Source: an archaeon GW2011_AR10 (GTDB taxonomy: Archaea > Iainarchaeota > Iainarchaeia > Iainarchaeales > GW2011-AR10). Taken from it: a stretch of 32,000 nucleotides of DNA. The stretch lies in contig CP010424.1 of assembly GCA_000830275.1 (NCBI GenBank), forward strand, positions 420,001-452,000, written 5' to 3'. Below, one piece after another: positions 16,362 to 24,008 of this stretch. Each line of letters opens with the position of its first letter. The first letter of the stretch is position 1. The notes below the pieces were generated by a model. It had not been told where the DNA came from and did not search any database. It worked only from the letters and a program-made list of their open reading frames with translations. The position numbers and the translations under genes were made by a program.

Positions 16362-18857
16362 CTAAGCACTCTGCTCTGGCTGGACAAAAGGCTTTTTTTT
16401 GGCAGGAGCTTTGCCTGTTTTACCGGCTTGTTTTGCTGCCTTTAAAGCAGTTTCCTTATACTGTGGTTTTTGTTTTAAAGCGTAAGGCTTTTTAGGCGCA
16501 AATGACTGCTTTTTACTTGCAGCCGGTTTGGATGTTTTTTGCACGCCTTTCTTCAACTGCCCCATTTCCTGTTTTTCCCTTTCAAGCTCAAGGCTTTCCT
16601 TCCAACCCATGCCATGCAACTCAGAAATTCTTTTCTCAAGAACCGCAGACCTTTTTTTGAACTCGCCCTTGGACAGCAGGCCATCCCTTAAGTGAGCATT
16701 TAGTTCCCTTAACCTTGTCTTCAAGGCCTCAACCTCTGCCTCATTTTCCTCAATTTCAAGCAAAGTTTTCACTCTTCTCGCCCTCAAAGACTCAAGGGAA
16801 GCAAGCTCAGCAGCGTACCTATTAGCCAGCTCTGCGTGCTTTTCCTCGCTTATTTTGCCAGCAGTGAAGGCAGTATCTGCCTTTCTTTGAAGCTCTTTCA
16901 CGCTCTGCATTTCAGAGGCAATAGAAAACCTCTTCTCACCCCTCAAAATTGTAATGGTTAACACTATTCCAAACAAGAAAACCGCGCCAGAAAACATGAC
17001 AAGGACACCAAGCATTAAAGGCGAATCAAAAATGTTTGACTGAGAAGGAGCTGGAGCACTTAAACCATTATCCGCCTCAATTATTTCCGACTCATCCAGG
17101 GAAGCAAAGCGCTCATACATTGGAGAGGCAGCCTCAAAAACTTCTTCAGCCAAAGAAACCAGGCCAATGCCGTTCTTCAAGGAATTGACTGCCTGGGTTC
17201 CCTGATTCAATTCCTTATAGTAATTGGCTGAAGCCAAAAAGAACTTGGCGTGGTCCAAGTAAAGCACAGGCCAAGCAAAATCGAAACTTGAACTTAAAAT
17301 CTTTTGCTCCAGCACATTAATCCTCTGCTCCAATTCAGAGTAGAGGCCCTCAACGTTTTTTCCTTCAACAGCTGCCTCGCTTGAAGCAAGCGCTTTAGCT
17401 GAAGCCGAATCAAAAGCCGAAGCAGCATTCCAGCCTAGTTCCCTTTCAACCTTTGCAGCGTTAAGCCTCCTGACAATATCTTCCTTGTCACCAGAAGTGA
17501 GCAGTGTAACAGAGTTCTCTGCTTCAACAATCAAGCTGTCAGCCATTTCCTTGAACGCATCTGTTTTCCTTACACGCTTCACTGACTGCCTTGTTATCTC
17601 ATAGAAATCCTTGGAAACATCATACCATGCAGCAGCAAACTCGTAATCCCTGATTTTCTCGAATACTGCTCCTAAATCAGTGCCATTGCCAGTGTCAACC
17701 ACAATTGTCTGAGTGTTGAGAAGCCTCTCAACGTTTATCTCAGCATAGGTTAAGCGCTGCTGCGCTGAAACATGCCACTCAAAGAAATCAATTGGCACTG
17801 ACTTGTCAAGGTCCATGCGCAGGTTCTCAATGTCTTTGCGCAAAATATCCAGCTTCAGTTCAAGAACCGTAGAATTGAGCGCAAGAATGGATGGGTTGTC
17901 GGAAATATCTCTAACAATCATTGCGTTAACCCTTGCAAGGAACGCGAAGTTTGCGGCGGAGTAAAGGTAGTTCTGGTCGTTTAGGATTTCAGCCTGCCTT
18001 ATTGTCTGCTCTGCATCATTCAAAGTGTCAAGCAGGGTGTTAACCAAGGAAGTGTCCTCAAGCAGTGTTGTTGAAAGAGAAGTGCGGGCGCTCTCGATAA
18101 TTGCTTTTGTTTCCTTCAAATAGTTTGAGGTGAGCTCCTTCATAACCCCCAAGTTTGGCTTATAAGTTATTTCCTGCGGCACAAAGTCAGGCACTGCTTC
18201 CTCTGCTGTCTGGTTAATGTCAATCTCTTCAATGTCAGAGAAAGCATATTTTAGGACTTCATCAATTGTTGAGACTTCCACAACCTTCAAACCAAACTCT
18301 TTCGGAGCATAATCAACCAAGTTAATGCTCTGAACCTTTCCATCAATTTTAACTGTCTGGATGGCCTCGCCCTTTGGAATCATGAACAGTTTAATGCCTG
18401 TGTTTGCTGCTTCCGCTGTTTTCTCAAAAACGCCTCCAACAGGCCCAACGAAACCGTCACTGCTAATTGTGCCAGTAAGGCTTACATTGCTTGGAAGAAC
18501 CTTGCTCTGCAGCATTGAAATAACCAGCAAGCTCATTGCTGCGCCAGCGGATGGGCCCTCAACAAGCGAAGCGTTCGAGGCAATCGAAAACTTGTAGTCA
18601 AAGCTGCTTACCTGCCCGGAATAATTCCTCGCAAGGTTTACTGCTTCTCTCGCGGCATTCTGCGTTGTTGTTCCAACCAGTGGCTCAACTGAGGTCCAAA
18701 CCTTTCCAGTGCCTGGGTCCAAATCAAGCACTAGGTCAGCTGCCAGGCCCTGCCCCTCAGTGGTAACAGCGTAAATCTTCATTTCTCCGTGCTCAACAAC
18801 AGCTAAAACACTTGAAGCGTACAGCAGAACAAACAAAAAAAACAGCAGCCTCTTCAT
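16362..18857 (-). CDS. secreted, C-terminally membrane-anchored Lon (S16)-like serine protease with a long helical ectodomain and a Lys-rich cytoplasmic tail
   Basis: - Signal peptide: MKRLLFFLFVLLYASSVLA.
- S16 domain: VEGPSAGAAMSLL...SLTGTISSDGFVGPVGGVFEKTAEAANTGIKLFMIP aligns with the E. coli Lon catalytic Ser/Lys region.
- TM helix at residues 615-639.
- Start: ATG 18857 preferred (GGTG 5 nt upstream); the ORF track starts one codon earlier at GTG 18860. Confidence 0.8.
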   Translation of the reverse strand: MKRLLFFLFVLLYASSVLAVVEHGEMKIYAVTTEGQGLAADLVLDLDPGTGKVWTSVEPLVGTTTQNAAREAVNLARNYSGQVSSFDYKFSIASNASLVEGPSAGAAMSLLVISMLQSKVLPSNVSLTGTISSDGFVGPVGGVFEKTAEAANTGIKLFMIPKGEAIQTVKIDGKVQSINLVDYAPKEFGLKVVEVSTIDEVLKYAFSDIEEIDINQTAEEAVPDFVPQEITYKPNLGVMKELTSNYLKETKAIIESARTSLSTTLLEDTSLVNTLLDTLNDAEQTIRQAEILNDQNYLYSAANFAFLARVNAMIVRDISDNPSILALNSTVLELKLDILRKDIENLRMDLDKSVPIDFFEWHVSAQQRLTYAEINVERLLNTQTIVVDTGNGTDLGAVFEKIRDYEFAAAWYDVSKDFYEITRQSVKRVRKTDAFKEMADSLIVEAENSVTLLTSGDKEDIVRRLNAAKVERELGWNAASAFDSASAKALASSEAAVEGKNVEGLYSELEQRINVLEQKILSSSFDFAWPVLYLDHAKFFLASANYYKELNQGTQAVNSLKNGIGLVSLAEEVFEAASPMYERFASLDESEIIEADNGLSAPAPSQSNIFDSPLMLGVLVMFSGAVFLFGIVLTITILRGEKRFSIASEMQSVKELQRKADTAFTAGKISEEKHAELANRYAAELASLESLRARRVKTLLEIEENEAEVEALKTRLRELNAHLRDGLLSKGEFKKRSAVLEKRISELHGMGWKESLELEREKQEMGQLKKGVQKTSKPAASKKQSFAPKKPYALKQKPQYKETALKAAKQAGKTGKAPAKKKPFVQPEQSA

Positions 18858-19004
18858 CACTACACCACTTCCGGAGCCATTCTAAAATTTAATAATTAAA
18901 GAAATATAAAATAAACAGGTATGATAAACTGGTATGTGCAAAACTAGAAAAGCCCATGGACTATAGCAAACTATGGGAAAACCCAAGAAAAAAGAAAACA
19001 GGCT

Positions 19005-19313
19005 TCAGCCAAACAATGAGCCAAGCCCTTCAGCAGCTTCCTCTTCGGTTTTTCCCTGCTCTTCCTTTACTTCTTCCTTTTTTGCCTCTGCTTTTCCGCC
19101 TGCATGCGCTGCTGGCTGAACTTGGACAGCCTGTGCAACTGCAGCCTTCTCGATTGCTTCATCTATGTTGACTTCTTTGAGTGAAGCAATGAGTGCCTTT
19201 ACCCTGCTGGCATCTGATTCAATGCCTGCAGCCTTCAGCACTTTGGCCACTGCATCCTCTGTTATGCCCTTCTTGGCAGAGTGCAAAAGCATTGCGCTAT
19301 ACACATACTCCAT
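19005..19313 (-). CDS. rpl12: 50S ribosomal stalk protein P1 (L12e)
   Basis: [19 protein letters not shown]... ending [13 protein letters not shown], the conserved stalk tail. Confidence 0.92.
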   Translation of the reverse strand: MEYVYSAMLLHSAKKGITEDAVAKVLKAAGIESDASRVKALIASLKEVNIDEAIEKAAVAQAVQVQPAAHAGGKAEAKKEEVKEEQGKTEEEAAEGLGSLFG

Positions 19314-19317
19314 TTTT

Positions 19318-19324
19318 TCACCTC
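19318..19324 (-). promoter_or_regulatory. Shine-Dalgarno GAGGTGA, 4 nt upstream of the rpl12 ATG
   Basis: Plus-strand tcacctc; minus strand reads GAGGTGAaaaaATG. Confidence 0.6.
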
Positions 19325-19429
19325 GCTTAATTGTAACAACCTAATTAAGTAATTAAGCAACATTTCGTTCACTCATTCCCTGCATTTCTTTTCCATCCAT
19401 ATTCTCACTCCATTTTTGCATTATATTCG

Positions 19430-20302
19430 CTATGGTTTCGCCTCTTTCTTTTCCTCAGGCAAAACTTCAGGCGCAACAGCTTTCAATGAATCAGCATTTG
19501 CCTTTGCCTTTGCAAGCAATTTCGGCATTGTTTCTTCTGTGAAAACCTCTGCCTCGAATGCAACAGCTTTTGCATCATTGAATGCCTTTTGAACCAGCAA
19601 AGGCATTGTCTGCTTAGTGAAGTAACATGCATTGAATGCAAGGTTGAATGCTTTCCTGTGGGCACTGGCAAACTTCTGGAAAACTACCTCAGTGTCAATA
19701 TCCAGGATTTTTGCCTCAAACACTTGGCCGCCTTCAATTGCTGAAACAACGGAGAGGCCAACCTTAACCGGCCTGATGTTCAGCTTTAAAAGCATTCCGG
19801 CAACAGGCTTTGAAACCGCCTGCCCTTTCCTTGTTACAATTTTGTCCTCTGCAATCGCAATGGTGGCACCCTGCACTCTAACACTCAAGCCAGCTGCCTT
19901 AAGGTCACTTAAAGCAGGACCCGGCGGCAAGCCAGTATCGCCTGCAGGCACAACAATGTCTTCCTCCGCAATGTGGCCTTCCTTTGCGGGCATGCTTCCC
20001 TTGTTTTTCTTAAGGAATGAAAACAGCTCAAACGGATTCATTGAAGTAAAAATAACTGCACAGCTTTTGTTAGCGTAACCTGTTAAAGGTGCAACCTTCT
20101 TGTTTTCCTGCAGCGCTTTCTTTATAACCCTTGTCTTTGATACAACAATTGTTCCTTTGCCGCGCAGTTTCTTCCTAATGCCCTGAAACAACGAAGCAGG
20201 AAACATGTTTAAGTCAGCAATAGCAACAACAGGATATGCTTCTGTCAGCCTCTTTATTTCCTGCAGCCCGGCTTCCTTCCATTCCCTGTTATGGCGGGTC
20301 AT
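19430..20302 (-). CDS. rpl10: 50S ribosomal protein uL10 (P0), lacking the conserved C-terminal stalk tail
   Basis: N-terminal REWKEAGLQEIKRL...YPVVAIADLNMFPASLFQGIRKKLRGKG. Three P1-binding helix repeats (FTKQTMPLLVQKA..., FTEETMPKLLAKA...). Ends ...PEEKKEAKP. Confidence 0.9.
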   Translation of the reverse strand: MTRHNREWKEAGLQEIKRLTEAYPVVAIADLNMFPASLFQGIRKKLRGKGTIVVSKTRVIKKALQENKKVAPLTGYANKSCAVIFTSMNPFELFSFLKKNKGSMPAKEGHIAEEDIVVPAGDTGLPPGPALSDLKAAGLSVRVQGATIAIAEDKIVTRKGQAVSKPVAGMLLKLNIRPVKVGLSVVSAIEGGQVFEAKILDIDTEVVFQKFASAHRKAFNLAFNACYFTKQTMPLLVQKAFNDAKAVAFEAEVFTEETMPKLLAKAKANADSLKAVAPEVLPEEKKEAKP

Positions 20303-21171
20303 TCTGCATCATCCTCCGATGCAGCTGCCACAGTTTTCTGCTTTACTGGTTTTCCAGCAGGCCCCTGCTTTTTTTCATGGCTCTTTAATGGTTTCTCTGC
20401 CTTGGTTTTCTGCGAAACTAATCTGCTGCTTTTTTCAGCGCCCTCTGGCTTAGCTTTGTGGAAAATTTTTTCAGTGCCTTCTGGCTTGGTTTTGTGGGAA
20501 ACCATAATGCCTTCCTTTGCGCCAATCTTAATCGGTGGACCCATTGAAAGCTTTAGGTAAACTGACTTTATGTTCTGCTCTCTTTTCTCAAGGCCCTGCA
20601 CGACAGCATTGAAAACAGCTATAACATTATCTGCAACTTTCCTGTCCTCATCCTTTTCCCTGCCAACGGTTACATGCACTAATGGCATGAACTTGCCTTT
20701 TTTGTTGGAAACGTTGAGTGAAGTGCTTGACTTTGAAATCATTTCCTCGAATGAATTGATGGAAGGCTGAATCGGCTTAGGCATTTTTCCTCTCGGGGCA
20801 AGCTGCTGCCCAAGATACTTTCCCACAGCAAGTATTGCCTGGCCCTCGGCAAGCAGGACATTATAGTTTGAGACCAATTCCTCAACGTCTTTTTTCTTGA
20901 GGCTCGGAATCTGCTCATCCATTATGATTTTCGAGGCCTTGCCCTTTAGCTGTGAGGCAAAGTCTTTGTCCTTTACAAATACAAGCGTTTTTACCTCGCT
21001 ATGCTTTCCAGTTGGATTAGGCATCGTAACCTCAACGTCAACCCTGTTCTCTGCCTTCTTGAAGTCAATGCCCTTGAAGTTGATAGTCAAGTCAATGCTT
21101 TGAACAAAGTTTCGCTTCTTGGATGCATCACGCATTCTCTGGAGTGCCTCAAGCACTTCTTGGTCCTTCAA
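20299..21171 (-). CDS. rpl1: 50S ribosomal protein uL1 with a ~70-aa Lys/Pro/Glu-rich C-terminal extension
   Basis: RNFVQSIDLTINFKGIDFKK...VEVTMPNPTGK...VYLKLSMGPPIKIG is a uL1 core. TTG start with AGGAGGT upstream. The stop overlaps the rpl10 ATG (ATGA). Confidence 0.9.
   Translation of the reverse strand: MKDQEVLEALQRMRDASKKRNFVQSIDLTINFKGIDFKKAENRVDVEVTMPNPTGKHSEVKTLVFVKDKDFASQLKGKASKIIMDEQIPSLKKKDVEELVSNYNVLLAEGQAILAVGKYLGQQLAPRGKMPKPIQPSINSFEEMISKSSTSLNVSNKKGKFMPLVHVTVGREKDEDRKVADNVIAVFNAVVQGLEKREQNIKSVYLKLSMGPPIKIGAKEGIMVSHKTKPEGTEKIFHKAKPEGAEKSSRLVSQKTKAEKPLKSHEKKQGPAGKPVKQKTVAAASEDDAE
20425..20496 (-). repeat. 2 x 36-nt tandem repeat inside the uL1 extension (HKTKPEGTEKIF / HKAKPEGAEKSS)
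   Basis: Units 20425-20460 and 20461-20496 match at 28 of 36 positions, counted by eye. Confidence 0.8.
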
Positions 21172-21288
21172 TTCAAATACCTCCTAACCAAAAGGTTAGT
21201 TCAAGCGGTGCCAAAAACAGGCAAAATATTAATTAATTCTTAAAAATAAAGGTTTAAATTACTTCTCTTGGGCTTTGCTTTTCGCTTT

Positions 21289-21780
21289 TTAGCTTTTCTT
21301 CGCTTCTTCAGGGAAAACAGAATCCCATTTTCCTTCATCGAACTCTCTCTGGATTTCCTTTGCTTTCTTTCCCTCAACTGTTACGCCCATGCTGTTGCAG
21401 GTGCCAATTATTTCTCTGACCGCGCTTTTAATCTTGTAAGAGGAAAGGTTGTCGAGCTTCATTTCAGCAAGCTCCTTCACTTGACTCATTGAAATGTTGC
21501 CAACGTTTTGTTCCTTTGGGTTCGCTGCTCCCTTCTGGAGGCTTATTTCCTTTTTGATTAATGCGCTTACCGGAGGGCTTCCGACTTCCACTTCAAAGCT
21601 CTTGGAGGATGCATCAACCTTTACTTTAACCGGAACCTTCATTCCGGAAAAACCCTTTGTTTTGTCGTTAATGGTGCTGACAACTTGGCTGATGTTCACC
21701 CCTAATGGGCCCAAAGCAGGCCCCAATGGTGCACCAGCACTTGCCTTGCCCCCCTCAACCAAAACAGAAATCTCAGGCAT
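21289..21780 (-). CDS. rpl11: 50S ribosomal protein uL11
   Basis: GGKASAGAPLGPALGPLGVNISQVV...VPVKVKVD is the classical uL11 N-terminal domain. Confidence 0.93.
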   Translation of the reverse strand: MPEISVLVEGGKASAGAPLGPALGPLGVNISQVVSTINDKTKGFSGMKVPVKVKVDASSKSFEVEVGSPPVSALIKKEISLQKGAANPKEQNVGNISMSQVKELAEMKLDNLSSYKIKSAVREIIGTCNSMGVTVEGKKAKEIQREFDEGKWDSVFPEEAKKS

Positions 21781-21820
21781 AAAAATTCTCTCTTTTTTCT
21801 TTTCCTATTTGCCGCAAATT

Positions 21821-22261
21821 CTACTCCTTGATTATCCTTATGTGCTCCGCACTAATTGTAACAGGAATTTTTACTGCTGCTTCAAGCAGCTCAACCGTTA
21901 CCTCTTCCTTGGTGTCATTGACTCTTATTACCTTTGCCCTCTCCCCTTTAAAAGGCCCGGCAATTAGCTCAACCTTCATGTCGGGCTTGATGCTCTTCAT
22001 TAAGGGCTTTGCCTCAAGGAGAGAAGAAAGCTCCTCAATTTTAACTTCGCCCCCAACAATGCCTCGGCCCTTTACGTGAGAAGTGTTTGCAATGCCCCTT
22101 CGCACAGTCATCTCGTTGTCTGCCTCAATAAGGATGTAACCCTTTAAGCCAGGAATAACCGAAACCGAGTAAATGTTAAGGCCCTCCTTGCTTATCTTGT
22201 TCGACATAATGTCTGTAACAAGGCTTTCCTGCCCAACCGTTGTCCTTATCGTGAAAATCAC
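21821..22261 (-). CDS. spt5: transcription elongation factor Spt5 (archaeal NusG)
   Basis: NGN domain (IFTIRTTVGQE...GYILIEAD) plus KOW motif (GPFKGERAKVIRV). GTG start with AGGTGG upstream. Canonical position between secE and rpl11. Confidence 0.9.
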   Translation of the reverse strand: MIFTIRTTVGQESLVTDIMSNKISKEGLNIYSVSVIPGLKGYILIEADNEMTVRRGIANTSHVKGRGIVGGEVKIEELSSLLEAKPLMKSIKPDMKVELIAGPFKGERAKVIRVNDTKEEVTVELLEAAVKIPVTISAEHIRIIKE

Positions 22262-22359
22262 TCAAACCACCTAAAAACAATAAAAAAAACCCAAAGAAAA
22301 CAGGCAAAAAAATTCAAAACAATTAAAAAAGTTAAACTGAAAAGGGTTAAAAAGGCTTT

Positions 22360-22536
22360 CTATAAGCCCAGCTTCAGAAACCTGAAAACAAAGGTTAAAA
22401 CAAAGCCAAGGGCTGCAATCAATATTATGCCAATGCCGGTTATTTTCGCCATCTGCTTGTACTCGCTCCAGTCAGGCTTCTTCGAAACCGAAAAAATCCT
22501 CTTGCTCTGCTCCACAAACTGCCCGAAATCAAACAT
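22360..22536 (-). CDS. secE: preprotein translocase SecE / Sec61-gamma (58 aa; below the ORF-track cutoff)
   Basis: Hand translation: MFDFGQFVEQSKRIFSVSKKPDWSEYKQMAKITGIGIILIAALGFVLTFVFRFLKLGL. It has the KKP..EY..AK.T..G motif plus a single TM. It sits between ftsZ and spt5, as in other archaea. Confidence 0.8.
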   Translation of the reverse strand: MFDFGQFVEQSKRIFSVSKKPDWSEYKQMAKITGIGIILIAALGFVLTFVFRFLKLGL

Positions 22537-22635
22537 TTTATCCCAACAAATCTTGGATGAGAAGAAATAAAAAAAGAAGGGGTTAAGGAAAAATCACGCC
22601 ACGAGAAAAATTGTATTATTGGTTCGCTAAGAAAT

Positions 22636-23772
22636 TCAGTCAGCAAAGCGGATGCCCAAATCAATTTGGCCCTCGTAGCCTTTTCCTGGCTCTGCCACAG
22701 AATCAAGGTACGGGAACCTGCCGCCGGCAACAACAATCATTGCCTGAATCTGGTTGCGCGGCACATTATCATCAATCATTGCACCCCAAATGATGTGCGC
22801 ATTAGGGTGGATTTTGGCTGAAACAGCTTCAACAATCATTTCTGCCTCGCGCAAAGTCATGTCAGAGCCGCCAACAACATTAACAAGTGCTCTGTTGGCA
22901 CCACTTATGTCCACATCCAGGAGCGGTGAAGTCAAAGCGTTTTCAACTGCTTCAAGCGCCCTTGCATCAGTTGCTTTCTGGGAGTCGCTTTCACCCAAAC
23001 CAATCATTGCAGCCCCGCCTTTCTGGAGAATGGTGCGCAAATCTGCAAAGTCAAGGTTGATTAAGCCTGGCTTTGTGACCAGTTCAGTTATGCCTTTGAC
23101 CGCGTTGGTTAAAACTTCGTCTGCAACCTTGAAAGCAGCATTCACCGGCAAATCAGGAGCGATTTCAAGAATTTTGTCGTTCGGAATAACTATTACAGTG
23201 TCAACGTTTTCCTTGAGCCTTGCCAATCCCTCCAACGCATTCTCGGTTCTCTTCCTTCCCTCAACCGTGAAAGGCAACGTAACAACACCAATCGTCAATG
23301 CCTTTATTGACTTCGCGATTTCAGCAACAACAGGAGAAGCACCAGTGCCAGTTCCTCCACCCATGCCGCAGGTAATGAACACCAAATCGCTTTGCTTGAG
23401 CAGTTCCTTAAGCTCTTCAAGGGATTCCTGAGCAGCGCTCTCTCCAACCATCGGATCAGAGCCAGAGCCAAGGCCCCTAGTGAGCTTTCTGCCTATGAGA
23501 ATTTTCCTGTCAGCTTTGGCTTTCAATAAGTCTTGCGCGTCAGTGTTAATTGCGTAAGTTTCAGCGCCTGAAACGCCTATTTCAGACATTCTCGTAATAG
23601 TGTTGCCGCCGCCACCGCCAACCCCAATAACCCTGATTTTTGCTTGGCCAACCTCAAGAATCTTAAGTAGCTCTCTTTCCTCTATGTCAGTTCTCTTCCT
23701 TGATTTAGGTGCAGGGTTAAGGCCTTGCTGGTCTCTGACCCTCTTCAAAGCCTTGTCAACAACAGTTTTCAC
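22636..23772 (-). CDS. ftsZ: cell division GTPase FtsZ
   Basis: VIGVGGGGGNTITRM and GMGGGTGTGASPVVAEIAK tubulin signature. GTG start with AAGGAG 8 nt upstream. Confidence 0.95.
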   Translation of the reverse strand: MKTVVDKALKRVRDQQGLNPAPKSRKRTDIEERELLKILEVGQAKIRVIGVGGGGGNTITRMSEIGVSGAETYAINTDAQDLLKAKADRKILIGRKLTRGLGSGSDPMVGESAAQESLEELKELLKQSDLVFITCGMGGGTGTGASPVVAEIAKSIKALTIGVVTLPFTVEGRKRTENALEGLARLKENVDTVIVIPNDKILEIAPDLPVNAAFKVADEVLTNAVKGITELVTKPGLINLDFADLRTILQKGGAAMIGLGESDSQKATDARALEAVENALTSPLLDVDISGANRALVNVVGGSDMTLREAEMIVEAVSAKIHPNAHIIWGAMIDDNVPRNQIQAMIVVAGGRFPYLDSVAEPGKGYEGQIDLGIRFAD

Positions 23773-23971
23773 GTTACTACTCCTTCAAAGCGGAAAAAGC
23801 CGAAGTATATATGTTCTCCCTTAAATAAATTTAAATTAATACCCTTTCCCTGAGAGGATTTGCAACTGGGAAGTGGTTAAAAGGCTTACAGCCACGCTGC
23901 AGGGCCTAGAAATTTTGAAAACCGCAGAATTACCTGATTCAAAAAAATTAAAGCTGTTTGCCATCGATTCA

Positions 23972-23979
23972 TTTAAATA
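23972..23979 (+). promoter_or_regulatory. TATA box TTTAAATA upstream of prs
   Basis: Consensus archaeal TATA about 33 nt before ATG 24009. It lies inside the longer TTG-started ORF of the track, which argues for the ATG start. Confidence 0.5.
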
Positions 23980-24008
23980 AAACTAATTCGTTAATAATCC
24001 TGAACAAA

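Noticed and set aside
22440-23431. ORFs 22440-22736 (-) and 22754-23431 (+) from the track.
   Set aside because: The first is an alternative frame overlapping the real secE and the 3' end of ftsZ. The second is antisense to ftsZ. Neither has recognisable motifs.
23800-23960. The relatively GC-richer part of the 236-nt ftsZ/prs divergent intergenic region was examined for an ncRNA (C/D-box sRNA, tRNA-like).
   Set aside because: There is no C box (RUGAUGA), only isolated CTGA tetramers. No convincing stems beyond a CTGCAG palindrome. It is most simply two divergent promoters.
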